Source: Macrostomum hystrix
Taxonomy: Eukaryota; Animalia; Platyhelminthes
Direction: 5' to 3'
Assembly: GCA_950097015.1 (NCBI GenBank)
Contig: CATNEN010000038.1
Location: 14,756,001 to 14,820,000 of the forward strand
Length of the DNA: 64,000 bases
Shown: one piece after another, positions 12,417-26,100 of the stretch
Position numbering within the stretch: position 1 is the stretch's first letter
Layout: each line of letters begins with the position of its first letter
The notes under the pieces: model-generated
Databases searched by the model: none
Seen by the model: only the letters and a program-made list of their open reading frames with translations
What the model was told of the DNA's origin: nothing
Made by a program: the position numbers and the translations under genes

Positions 12417-15400
12417 TTAAAGATATGAGTCAAGCTCCTGTGAGAAATTGTTGCCCTGATCATTTGACGCCGTGTTCGGCCGCGGGCTGTTGATCATACT
12501 CGCGGCGGCGGCGGCGGCTGCGGCTGGAGCGGAGATCTTAGCCGCGGTGCTGAAATCGTCGCTGAAGCCAGACACAGACCGCATCAGCGGGTTGACGTAC
12601 ATCATGGGAAACTGGACTCTCTCCAATTCGTTCGGCTGTCGACGAGGTCGCCTGTAGTCCTTGACAGCGTCCTCTTCCATCTGGCGCTGACGAGCGATCT
12701 CTTGGAGGTCCGCTTCGGACAGATAGAATGCATTGCCCTGCAGATTATCGCCTAAGCTGCTGCTGCTGTTGCTGCTGCTAGTTCTGTACTTGGGCTGGGA
12801 TGCTGCAGCATCAGCATAGGCTGAAAATTAGATTTTCAGTATCAAGTTAAAAAATTATTCTGACATTTAAGATAATTCTAACCAAGAGGTCTAGGAAAAT
12901 TTGTTATTCGGTTTGGGAGCTATTGTGAAGTAGGCAGTGTTTGAAATATCCCCTTGTAAAATAGCGTTGCTTTGCTACTGTTAATGAGCACGATACTTAT
13001 AATTATCGAATGCATCCACACATATAGCTACAGTGGCAACTCACCTTTGGGAACAATAGGCGACTCAATGACAGCCGTCTCAATTTCACCCGTACTGACA
13101 ATCACCGCATCGATGCGATTCTCATCATCGTCGGCCTTGATGTCGGTGTCATCATCCAGTTCCTCCTCTTCTTGACGAATCTCCGGCACAGTGCCTAGCG
13201 GATGCACGATCGCCCTGACCTGCTCGCCTGAGCTCACCGGCAGCTGGTGCAACTGCACCGAGTCCCACTCTGTGCCAGTGGAACCCGTGGAATGTGTCAG
13301 CCGGTCTGTGTTGGCAAACGAGCTGGCTCCGCTTGAGCCATCTAGCTGATGACGCGACGGATAGTAGGCAGGATTGTCGACGCCAGCAGCTGCCGCGCTT
13401 AGGCCCAAGGTCACGTGACCAATCTCGTGAATTCTAGCCAGACGGCCATTGCTGGAGCCCTGCAGCTGGCCGTGACGGTCCATTGTGGACGAGTCGAAGT
13501 AGGTGCTGGCTAGGCTGCGGGCTCGATGACCGCGGTACATGGAGCCCATCAAAGTGCAGCGCTTCTGGAACATCTGCATAGCGCAGTACCGGTCTGCGGG
13601 TGGATTGGGTCAACTACTCATAGTAGTATGTCTGTGAATTTGTAGCTCGGTGGTTAGAGGCATTGGAATTCTGACTGAGAGGAATTCTTTTATTGCATGG
13701 CTGCATTTTGTTTAACGAGCAATAAAATGTGTGCCTGCATCAGCTGGGGTAGCAAAAAATTGTTTAAGAAACGGATTTACACATTCACACACAACATGAA
13801 TAACAAAAATTATTTTAAACCTCAATTAATTATTTCAAGCTCCGCCAACGCCCCATGCGTCACAAGCCGAGCGAGCCAATGTACACTGGGTGCATGTACC
13901 CATGTACACCTAAAAATTTTATTTTGCTCCTACTTGTCTCTGATTGGCTGGCTAGGTCTTTTAATCTAGCGATGGCTAGCCAATGTAAACTCACTGTACG
14001 CTAAACAATATGAGTACCGGCTCGTATCTGATTGGTTGGCTATATTATATTAGCATTTTTATGGGCATTCAAATGTACATTGAATGTACGCATGGACATA
14101 TACATTCCACTTAAAGATCACTTGACTTTGATTTGTCAGTTAAAGAAAAATCTTTATTAATCTCACCCTCCAGCAAACTGGGCTGTTGACTCAATTTATA
14201 AAAATATCGTTTCACAACGTGCCGATAGCGGACGGCAAAAATCCATAGAGAGTTTGGCAGCACGATCGACTCAACCAGTAGCATTGTGATGTACTCTGTG
14301 CCGCTGCCGTCGCGTAGAGCTACCAGACTGGCGAAGTCCAGGATCTGGGAGAAGTTGGCCGATTGTAGGGTGTAATAAAAAAACTTGGGAGTTACAATAT
14401 TATATAGCAAATATAACAGAATATACTTCAAGAATAAGATAAGAGAGATCTGAGGGGTGAGATAAGAGAGATCTCAGGGATGAGATAAGAGAGATCTTAA
14501 GGGTGAGATAAGAGAGATCTCAGGGGTGAGATAAGAGAGATCTTAAGGGCAAGATAAGAGAGATCTCAGGGATGAGATAAGAGAGATCTTAAGGGCAAGA
14601 TAAGAGAGATCTCAGGGATGGGATAAGAGATCTCAGTGGTGAGATATGTGAAAGATCAGCAGGAGTAAAGAAAGAATTCAAAGATTAAGTTAAAAAGGAC
14701 TAACTAGGAAGAGTTAAGACGCGCAGTGCACTTACCAGCAAAGGAAGATGATTGCAAAAGAAGATGACGGCATTGGCCAGACTGGTAACTCGCCACGACT
14801 CCCACGAGTGTTTGTGAGCATCAAATTCGGCTGATCTTCTCAGCTGATGCTCTGGCTGCTGCTGCTGCTGCTGCTGGTGAGACTTCAAGCTTTCGCTGCC
14901 ATTCTCCACAGTCGCAACCGAATCGGCCGGAGTGCCGTCTCGTGCCGCTGCGGCTGCCACGGCCAGGGCGGTCCTGCGCTGCTGCCGCAGAAACAACAAA
15001 CCGTCGAAGCAGCAGACGGCGCAGAAGACCGCGGAGGCCAAGTTGCAGGTCAATAGTACCATTGAGTATGAGTAGTCCAACTGGCTGGGCAAGAACCGGC
15101 AGCGGTACTGATCGATGGTGGCACCGGTGGCACCGGTTGCCACGCCGGTTGGGACACTGGTAATCCTGGCCCACAGGTTCACAGGGACTAGACCTGTCGG
15201 ATGTGGTAAGCAATGCTTTTCTGATAAATTCTAGATTTGTTATTCTTTGTTATTTCTTTCATGGTATCATGACTTTGGAATAAGCATTTTGAGATTATGA
15301 CTTAAATCAAGACTTGTATATGAATTGAGATTTGGACTTCGAGATAAGCACTTTGGGATCAGGTCATTGGGATCAGGTCAATGGGTTCAGGACTTTGGGA

Positions 15401-16354
15401 TCAGGACTTTGGGATCAGGACTTTGGGATCAGGACTTTGGGATCAGGACTTTGGGATCAGGACTTTGGGATCAGGACTTTGGGATCAGGACTTTGGGATC
15501 AGGACTTTGGGATCAGGACTTTGGGATTAGGAATCTCGTTTCAGGACTTTGGGATTAGGAATCTCGTTTCAGGACTTTGGGATCAGGACTTTGGGATCAG
15601 GACTATGGGATCAGGACTGTGGGATCAGGACTTTGGGATTAGGACTTTGGGATCAGGACTTTGGGATTAGGAATCTCGTTTCAGGACTTTGGGATTAGGA
15701 ATCTCGTTTCAGGACTTTGGGATCAGGACTTTGGGATCAGGACTATGGGATCAGGACTGTGGGATCAGGACTTTGGGATCAGGACTTTGGGATTAGGAAT
15801 CTCGTTTCAGGACTTTGGGATTAGGAATCTCGTTTCAGGACTTTGGGATCAGGACTTTGGGATCAGGACTTTGGGATCAGGACTTTGGGATCAGGTCTTA
15901 GGCCCATCAATTCAGAAGGCAGCAACAGCAGCTCACCAGTGATAAACGCTGAGCAGCAACAGATGCTCAGAAGTAGCAGCGGTTTGACCTTGTTTGTCAC
16001 CCAGCCATTGTAAATCGGTCCGCCGTCCTTTCTAAGCAGGAATAGCCGGTCAACAGCGAAAAAGGCGGTTCCTACCATAGACACTAGCAGAGGCATGTGC
16101 AGGCTGAACACCAGCAGGCGACAGGTGGCCAGGGTCCACGCTGATTGGCTGAGGGCTACACTAACCAGAACCGGAGCGGCAACCAGAGCGTAGAAAATAT
16201 TTCTGACCATCAGGCCGGCTAGTATCAAATCCAGGCTTCTTAACAGAGTTCGAAAATGCAACAATACAAGGCTGAACAATAGCCAAGAAAGTGACGCGAT
16301 GCACAGCATCACCAACCAGGCGATGCCTTCGGCTCTGCTAAACTCTGAAGTCAT
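12417..16354 (-). CDS. Orphan class A GPCR, GPR153/GPR162-like; exons 16354-15937, 15193-14736, 14344-14167, 13593-13045, 12820-12417
   Basis: Seven hydrophobic segments, TM3 Cys and AVDRL motif, ECL2 CRFLP, and TM7 ESIVLPNSLWIFAVRYR resembling GPR153 LLLPVFLWACDRYR. GT-AG junctions are in phase. Confidence 0.8.
14435..14650. repeat. ~23-bp minisatellite (gagataagagagatctcagggat) in GPCR intron
   Basis: Tandem copies. Confidence 0.9.
15350..15895. repeat. 14-bp minisatellite (ggatcaggactttg) in GPCR intron 1
   Basis: Tandem copies. Confidence 0.95.
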
Positions 16355-17296
16355 TCAGTCCGCAGACAAGCAGCTCACATCCTGTTGATTGTTCTATTCA
16401 ACTAGACTGAATATTTAGTTTCCAAGAAATGAATCGTGCCCTAAGCACAACTGCGCGTGTTTATAACTGGCGTAGAGAGCTCTGTACAGAATTGGACTTG
16501 GGAGTAGGAAAGCAGCCGGGAGAAAAAAGGAGACGGGAAAAGAAGAGAAGAGAATTGAGAGGGAGAGAGAGGCGGCAAAGGTGCAGAAGAGGTAAAGGAA
16601 ATATGCAGAGGAACTGCAAGTACAGTGCACAGGGGGGGTTAGTGAAGCAGTAAAAAATAATGTACATTTATGAGCACAGGGTGAGACGAGAATTCTACTG
16701 TTCTACTATAGTTATAGTTATTCTAGTGTTTCGGAAATGTTAAATCAATCATTGGGCAATTGTGTTATGCTAATTTTGAGTATGCTGTACTGGATGGTGT
16801 TTTTCGCTCTCTCTGGTGTGTGTGTGTGTGATCGCAGAAGTGCCGCCACAGAAGTTTTATTAAGAGAAATGTAAAAATGTGAAAAGCTTTTTGCGAGCGG
16901 TAAATGAATTCGATTTTTCAACTATTGTTTTTACTCGTAGCCAAGGATCAGGGTGTGGTCGGCAGTTGGAATAAGGGAAACTAGTAACTCTGGGAGTTGC
17001 CCAAGGGACTATATTTTTTCCAGAGCCCGTATGCTGCATATATATATAATTCCAGACAAGGATATAGCTAGATTCTATATTTGAAAATGCGTTGCTCAGT
17101 TAGTTTCCTGTGCTCACAGTTGAGCACACGCATTGAGCTAGTCAAGTGGAGGTTTGAGTTGGTGTCGTCAAAAAGCGTTCTCAAAAAGCATAAAATTTGA
17201 AAAGCGACTGAAACAAGGATAATAGGATAAATAAAAAATTTTCTAGTATTATTTCAAAGAAGTTATTTTGATGCGACAGAAAAGAATGAAGTGAGG

Positions 17297-17560
17297 AAGG
17301 GATGAAGGGATGAAGGTATGAAGGGATCAAGGGATCAAGGGATCAAGGGATCAAGGGATCAAGGTATGAAGGGATCAAGGGATCAAGGTATGAAGGGATG
17401 AAGGGATGAAGGGATCAAGGGATCAAGGGATCAAGGGATCAAGGGATCAAGGTATGAAGGGATCAAGGGATCAAGGGATCAAGGTATGAAGGGATCAAGG
17501 GATCAAGGGATCAAGGTATGAAGGGATCAAGGGAACAAGGGATCAAGGGATGAAGGGAGA
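17297..17560. repeat. 8-bp tandem repeat (gggatcaa/gggatgaa)
   Basis: Tandem copies. Confidence 0.9.
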
Positions 17561-18374
17561 AATTTATAAAGGAAGTAAAGGATAAAGGGATGAAGGGAAT
17601 GAGAGATCAAGGGATTTTGGGAGGAAGGATAAAGGGAGAAAAGGATGAATGGAGAAAGGGATGAAGGGATGACCGCATGAAGGGATAAAAGGAGGAACGG
17701 ATGAAGGGATAGAGGATGGAGGGCTGGGAAGGGATTAAGGCTGGCGTGGAGGCAGGGTCAGAAATCACATAGGAGGATAATTGATCAATAACTGTCATAA
17801 GAATAATGAATCGCGGTTGGCAAGGATCTGTTCCCTGTCGCATAGACTAAAACAATTCTATATTCCAAACTGTTTGCTGCCAAAATTAGCAGCCAAACTG
17901 ACTGAGAGGAAATATGACTTCGTTGGATTGGTACTAAAGCTCTACAGCTCAACAGTTTTCTCCCTGCCAACTCACACATGCTGTAGCATTTGAGTATACC
18001 TTTGAGCATTGAGCAGTGTAAAAGAGTGTGTGACTCTACTTGAATTGCTCACTGCAAATTTTCGCTCACTGTGTGAATGTTAAACAATGGAAGAAGACGA
18101 TGGATTGTAGATTTTAGACACAGAAAAATAAATATCTCAATTATTGCCTGCTTATGTTGGCAAGATTGACTGGATTCTGTCTAGATAAACTTGAACAAAC
18201 GTATTTGCCTGGCGTGACTACCAAAAAGACTTAATTCATTTAACAAACAAAAAGCTCTGCAAAAAAACTCTGCAAAGCAAACAAAGCAAACATAAGCAAG
18301 AATTACATTTATACTACCATAGTTTTATAAATTACCGTAAACTATTATACTCGAAGTAAAAAAATATTTTTGCT

Positions 18375-19180
18375 GAACGGTTGCAGGCACTGGAACATCA
18401 TTTTTTTCATGGTCAATGATCTCGACCAGTAGACACGCAGCCAGCAAGGAGGCAATTCTGCCCATTTCGCTGACTCCTGAGCACACACGCACACAGATAC
18501 TGTACGCAGGCACACGCTCTCACAGGTGTGTACATCTGCGCTGACTTTCTCATCGTGCACGACAAGCCCCCAAGCCTTCTCTCCGCGGCTGTGCCCTAAT
18601 CTATCTATCTATCTATTTGCAGGGGGGCCCGGGGCACTTGTCGCTTTTGCGCCCATCGCGCCGCCTCCCCTGAGCAGGCACCACACACAGCAGCACAGAC
18701 CAGCCGGGGAGGGCAGGAGGCACCCAGAATAGGCAGCAGTGCCCCCCACCCCAGCCCCACACGCACAGAGCACACCAAGCCGGGGCGGAAGGCTGATTAG
18801 AAATCAGTCCTCAGGGGGGGCCGGGTGATGAGTGTACACTTATCCAATCGCGCTGACGGAAATCCAGAAAGCGCGCGGCGGTGTACACCCGCCCTCCAGC
18901 CACCCCCCGCAAGGTCTCACGCCCCAGCGCCAACGCACACAACTCACACAACGCAGAACAGGCACACAGAAGGTAGGAGCGAAGTTATTGTTTCAAGCTT
19001 TGATTGCACGAAATATGGTGCACCTCCGCCGGTCGCTACTGTCCAAACCCCCCAACAAGTCCCGAAATTAATCGTGACTTGAAGGGTGAATCGAACTAGC
19101 GTCCTTTGGAGTGCGAGGCAGCGACGTTAGCCGCTCACCCACTCGCCCCCGGCTGTGCCCTAAATGAATGTACCACTCTG
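18375..19180 (-). mobile_element. SINE family 2 copy, internally deleted and interrupted by a family-3 SINE
   Basis: Matches the copy at 40470-40845 (gaggaggcaattctgcccatttcgctgactcctgagcacacacg...). Resumes at 19164 after the insertion. Confidence 0.8.
18600..19150 (-). mobile_element. tRNA-derived SINE family 3 with (ATAG)n tail and ~14-bp TSD
   Basis: Minus-strand head ggggcgagtgggtgagcggctaacg...agttcgattc. TSD cggctgtgccctaa at 18586-18599 and 19150-19163. Confidence 0.8.
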
Positions 19181-20179
19181 CTACTCAACCCTAGATAACA
19201 ATTCTGATAACAATCTGATAACTCAATCTGATAACAATTTTACAGGCTTTGGTTGCACTATAACACAAGGGGAATTTCTTTTGATATCTGAGATCTTTTG
19301 TTAAAGAAGCACTACTTAAAGTACTATCGCATATTTCTTAAACTATTTTGAACTACAATAATGGGCGCATGAAGCAGACAAATTTGCAGGACGTAGGAAA
19401 GATTAAATCAAGGAATTCTGCCTAAAAAAAGCACCAAAGATAAGCCAGGGCCTGACGGGTAACACTCCTGTTATGTGCGAAGGATTTCGACAAGCATTCG
19501 AACTAACAGACCTCGCGGCCAGTAAATTAGGAGCCAGTGAGGCTGGCCAATGTGGGATGTGGAACAGCTAGATAACTGATTATCTGTGTGCCCGGTTCGC
19601 AGAATAAAAGGGTCGTTAAAAAACTTCCCATAGCCCGATGGGAGTCTGTCTAGGCGTTGAAGGTTTTCTATGGCACGAATGTTAAGGACAGATGTGGCCC
19701 CTACCTGGCAATAGCGTCTATTTTGTCGGGGCAGTGAGGGATAATTTCTTTCGTTCTTCGTTGAGAAAAAATCACAACGTTCTTTTCGACCAATAACTGA
19801 CCTCTCGCCTGTAGGCGCTATTGATCCGAGATCCTTCTAGGGTACTCCCCTAGACTCCCACGAAATCCTTCGCAGGACAAGATTTGGCGAAAGAGAGACA
19901 GGGAGATGTCGAAAACGGGATCGTTTAGGGGGAGGGGGGGCAAATTCTGTCCTCCAGATGGTTGCAGGAAGACAAGCAGAAGAATGCCCGTCTGGAGGGC
20001 AGAAAGGATTGTTTCACAGCCCTCGGGACCGGGAGAGTGACAGGCCCGAGATATTTTCCGACGGTTTTTTAACTTCTTTAACTCGAACTAAATCTCTTGC
20101 GCATTCTTGGATTCAATTTTTTTAAAGACTATAGCTAGCTGCTACTTTGTGTCATTTTCGAGTCACCGAGCTAGACAAG

Positions 20180-23100
20180 ATGGCGGACGATGAGCAACAG
20201 TAAGTATCTTTTAATCTACCCGAGATACATAGCTCGTATTTTAATCCACCCTAGATGCGCAAATAAATCTACCGTACATACGTCTATAAACCTACCCCAG
20301 ATACTTCTATAAATCTACCCTAGATACGTCTATGAATCTACCCACGATACGTCCGTAAATCTACCCTAGATACGCCCATAAATCTACCCTAGATAGGTCC
20401 GTAAATCTACCCTAGAGACGTCAATAATTCCACCCTAGATACGCCAATAAATATATACTAGATACGTCAATGAATCTACCCCAGATACTTCTATAAATAT
20501 AATCTATATCTTTATTTAAATCTACCCTAGATACTTCTATGAATCTACCCATGGGACGTCCTTAAATCTACCCTAGATACGTCTATAAATCTACCCTAGA
20601 TACGTCTATAAATCTACCCTAGATACGTCTATAAATCTACCCTAGATACGTCTATAAATCTACCCCAGATACGTCTAAATCTATCCTAGATACATCCATA
20701 AATCTACCCTAGATACGTCTATAAAATCTATCCTAGATACATCCATATATCTACCCTAGATACGTCTATAAATCTACCCTAGATACATCCATAAATCTAC
20801 CCTAGATACGTATATAAATCTACCCTAGATACGTATATAAATCTAACCTCGATACGTCTATAAATCTAAGCCCGATACGTCTATAAATCTACCCCGATAC
20901 GTCTATAAATCTACCCTAGATACATCTATAAATATACACTAGATACGTCTATAAATCTACCCTAGATACGTCTATCAATATACACTAGATACGTCTATAA
21001 ATATACACTAGATACGTCTATAAATATACACTAGATACGTCTATAAATCTACCCCAGATACGTCTAAATCTATCCTAGATACATCCATAAATCTACCCTA
21101 GATACGTCTATAAATCTATCCTAGATACATCCATATATCTACCCTAGATACGTCTATAAATCTACCCTAGATACATCCATAAATCTACCCTAGATACGTA
21201 TATAAATCTACCCCCGATACGTCTATAAATCTAAGCCCGATACGTCTATAAATCTACCCCGATACGTCTATAAATCTACCCTAGATACATCTATAAATAT
21301 ACACTAGATACGTCTATAAATCTACCCTAGATACGTCTATCAATATACACTAGATACGTCTATAAATATACACTAGATACGTCTATAAATATACACTAGA
21401 TACGTCTACAGTAAAACCACCATAGAAACGTGTAGATTCCTATGGATAATTATATTCATCGCATTACTTTAGGGACAGCGCTCCAGTGACAGTCGAGGTG
21501 GAATCTGATGACATCCAGCAGCACCAGCACCAGCAGGAGCAAGTGGCCGACAAGCCAAAGCACCAGCCAGTGTTTGCTGAGTAGGTTAATGGAACTATAA
21601 ATTCTATGTGAAGCCTTCACTCTGACGCATGCTTGTTTCTTGTCGCAGGTAGCTTTTTTGAGTTCAATATTTGAAGCAGTTCTTTATCACTCAACAAATC
21701 ATTTCAGAGACGAAAGCGGTCGCAACGAAGCTCAAATAAGAATGGAGGTGAGTTTCATATGACTTTACATATAAACTTTAATCACTTCTAAAGGGAGATA
21801 GAAAAGCACAATGAACGATTAAGCGCACTCAAACGAGCAAATAGCAAAAATAAAATGGGCGTCTTCAGACAAAATTAAAAAAACAACAAACGGATAAAGA
21901 AATAAACAAATAACCAAACAAAAAAGCTAACTATCAAACAAGTTAAGAAACTAAAATAACGAATAACTAACAAGTTAAGATGCCAGGAAAGAAGGAAGTA
22001 AACAAATAAAAAGTGAAGAGACCAACAAAGAAAACAAACAAACAAATAGTCAAATAAACAACAAACAACCAAACAAACAACCAATAAAAAATCTAACAAC
22101 CAAAAACCAACAACCAAACAAACAAACAAGCAAACAACAAACAAACAAACAACAAACAAACAAACAACAAACAAAATAAACAACAAACAAACAAACAAAC
22201 AAACAAACAAGCAAACAACAAACAAACAAACAACAAATAAACAAACAACAAACAAACAAACAACAAGCAACAAACAAATAAACAACAAACAAACAAACAA
22301 ACAGGCAATCAAACAATCGAAGAAACTAAGAAACAAACAAATTAAATAAGAACCGAAATCCCTCCACAGGAGGAGAAGAAGAAGCGCATGGCCAAGATGC
22401 AGGAGGAGATGAAGGAATACGAGGAGATGCGCAAGGAGGAGCGCGAAAAGTTGGTCTCCGAGATTGCGGAACTCAGGGCTAAGCGAGTGAGTAGCCATTG
22501 AGTAAATTTCACTATTTTCTTTCATTCTATTTGACAATTTTGGTCAAATTTAAACTTTGCCTCGTTCTCACAGGAGCAAAGGAAGCAGGAGAGAGCCGAA
22601 GAGGAGAAACGACTGGCGGAGCTGAGGGCCGTCGAGGAGCAGAAGAGACGCGCTGAGGAGGTCAGTACTGAACTCAAACTGCAGCTTTTCATTGCACTCA
22701 AAAACTGTCAATTTATTTATTAGGGTTAAATTTTGCATTATCAACAGAAAACTTTTTCTTCTAGAGTTTTTTTACAAACTTGAGTAATTAAAGTTTTTGA
22801 CAGTATCTAAACCTGTTAGACAGTATCTAAACCTGTTAGACAGTATCTAACCTGTTAGACAGTATCTAACCTGTTAGACAGTATCTAAACCTGCTAGACA
22901 GTATCTAAACCTGCTAGACAGTATCTAACCTGTTAGACAGTATCTAACCTGTTAGACAGTATCTAACCTGTTAGACAGTATCTAAACCTGCTAGACAGTA
23001 TCTAACCTGTTAGACAGTATCTAACCTGTTAGACAGTATCTAAACCTGCTAGACAGTATCTAACCTGTTAGACAGTATCTAAACCTGTTAGACAGTATCT

Positions 23101-26100
23101 AAACCTGTTAGACGGTATCTAACCTGTTAGACAGTATCTAACCTGTTAGACAGCTTATGAAACCTGTTTGAGAGAATCTAACCTGTTAGACAGTATCAAT
23201 ACCTGTTAGGCAGTTGCTTGTTAGATGGTTAACTTGACTTCCAAAAGCAAAAGTTGAAAATCTGCACATGAGTAGTCTACTTAAAGCCTCTCGAATTCCC
23301 GATCATTTGAGGAGGAGCGCCAGCGTAGGAAGCGCGAAGAGGAGGCCAGGCGTCAGGAGGAGCGAGAGAAGAAGAAACGCGAGGCCGAGGAGCGGAACAA
23401 AAGCCAGCAGAGCCTACGCAACTTCACTATCAACAAGAAGTCCGGTAGCGAGGTGAAAATTTATCCCACATTTCAAAGTTTTTTTTTATTTTTAGCTCAG
23501 AAAATTATAATTCTTTTTTTTATTTCTAATTTTTATTGTCGATAACATTTAAGGCTTTTACAAAATTACAAAATGTGAACTTGAAAAGACGCGATTTCCG
23601 ACGTTTGGGATTTCTGGAAAGTTGGGATTCCTGGACTTTCAGGATTTCCGGACTTTTGGGATTCCTAGAAATTAGGGATTTCTGGAAATTAGGGATTTCT
23701 GGAAATTAGATTTTGCTATAAATTTTCAAATTACATCTCATTTAGGAAACTCGGAAACCGGGTGGCATAGTGGCAGAGCGGTTAACGCGTTTCCCTCTCA
23801 AGGTCCCCGAGCTCGATTCCGCGGTGAGGCCACATTTATTTGGGGCGCAGCCGCGGTCGAGAGAAGGCTTGGGGGGCTTGTCGTGCAATTTACACCTATG
23901 AGGGCAAACCTCCAAGGCACAGTGAGAATGTACACTGACTGACGATGAGAAAGTCAGGGCAGATGTACACACTTGTGTGAGTTGTGTGCCTGCGTACGGT
24001 ATCTGTGTGCGTGTGTGCTCAGGAGTCAGCGAACCGGGCAGAATTGCCTCTTCGCTGCAGCCGCAGTTCTACTGTCAGGAAGTTATTTATAACTCCTGGA
24101 GCGTGTGGGTGAGCGCTCTAAAGGGAGTAAGTCCGGGTCCAGAAGGACGGATCGGTCATGGAGAGTGCCCCGAGAGGGGTCCGGTCCTTTTAGTCGCGTC
24201 AGGGGCCGGGTCCAGGGGTCTGGGCTCGGGGTCGGTCCGGGGGACGGTCTCTTCTGGTCCCCACGGGAGCAGCGCAGCGCGCTTCCTTAAATAGTCCTGC
24301 AGAATGCCAACCTCGAGATTCATCAAACTAACCCACATCCTCGCCGGCCTGTCAACGAGGAATCGGAGCGGCGATGCGCCACCCCGATTGCCCAATGAAC
24401 CAGCGGCGAGGAACGACAGATGCTCCTCTAGGAGCAGCCGCAGGCAGTACTCGGCCAATAATTGCTACTCCGCCAGGACAATGGGAAGCGCAGGCGCCGA
24501 CCTGCCTACAGTGACAATACATGTATCTAAAGGGGAAAGGTCATATAGTCGAGCTGGGCTCGGATTACACTAAAGAAGTGGGGACAGGAAGAATTATTGA
24601 TCACTCATAATGCCCGAGTGATTTCTGATATCTGATCGCGGTTTGGAGGGGAATTATGACCTAAACTAGCTCATACAGTAAATTTATGGGCCCGCGATCG
24701 CAGTCATTCCTACATGGGTTAAGACAGATCCAGGGAGAGGGGATCGATGGCTACTTAATTCACCGCCGCCCCAAACCCGGCCCTAAAATTAATGACCTTG
24801 CTTTTGTGGCCAGCTGCTAGTTATTATTATTCATTACTTAAAATTTCGAAAAAATTTGGCTGGCTCACACCCTGACTCGATTCTCGTAGTACACTCGACA
24901 TCAGATTTATGCATAAATCTGAGCTATCCGGGAATTAGTATTACGTGATTGGTTAGTTGACCTAGCCAATTCAAACAAATTAGAACAAGTTTAAAAAAAA
25001 TTCAATATTAAAAGAGAAACTCAAGCAAAAGCAAGCTTTTATTTGGTGCTTTGTTTTGATAAATGTATATGAAAACAAAAATATAATATTATTAAAATAT
25101 AAGAATTTGTGATTTTTGCTGCACCTCTTTTGTTTTCCGGTTTCACATTTTGAATATTTGCAAAAAGCGGTGACAACACGTTCTTTTCTCTCTTTCTAAC
25201 ATTCAATTTTAGACTGATCAAGGTCAACATGTGAGTACAAATTGATGATCTTATAATTTCACTGAATTATAAAATGCGTATCATACTACTCGCAATTCTT
25301 ATTTGAAGTAAGTAGTTTCTATCGTGCACGCGTCGCTTGAAAAAAATATATATAGCTTTGTCTGCTTTATGAAGAAATTTTTGCAAACGAAAGTTTTTTA
25401 AATAAGCATCAGGCAATAAGATATGAACCGAATGATTTCCAGTCGAAGAGTGCATTCGAACAAACTTTTACCTTGCTTATTAGCTTCGTCTCAGTTGCTT
25501 TCCAAATGTTATAAAGTAGCATGCCGAACTGGCTTTTAAAGTGTACTTTAGAGCTTGAATAAAATAATAATCTTTAGGTGGGGACACCGCCCATCAGTAC
25601 CCATCATGAACACGTTATTAAACTCTCTACATATAGAAAAGCCATCATAATACCCTGCATAGTACATCTTGTCTATTTCGATGGGAAATTAATATTACCC
25701 TAGTTAGTCAATTATCCATTTAAATGGGAAATTAATCCCATAGTAAAAAATCACTTAATATAGGAAATCTATCCCCTGGTTTTTAACTAATAGATTCAGA
25801 TGGGAAATGAATCCCCTAGTTTGTAAATAATCCCATTGGATGGGAAATGAATCCCCTAATTTATAAATAATCCCTTCAGATGGGAAACTAATCCCCTAGT
25901 TTGTAAATAATCCGACTGGATGGGAAAGTAATCCACTAGTTTGTAAATAATCCCTTCAGATAGGAAATTAATCCCCTAGTTTGTAAATAATCCCATTAGA
26001 TAAAAAAGCTGTCTTCATTGAGTCAATTCAACAATCGCCAATCGATCGCAAATTCCCAAAACATTCGGAAACCTCCCACCAGACGGGACCGACTGGCGCA

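Noticed and set aside
21875-22537. 220-aa hydrophobic ORF
   Set aside because: Antisense translation of the (CAAA)n tract and a TnT exon.
23930-23970. Hammerhead-like CTGACGA-TGA-GAAA-GTC in SINE family 2
   Set aside because: Stems II and III are absent; it folds as a simple hairpin (tgtacact..ctgac/gtcag..tgtaca).
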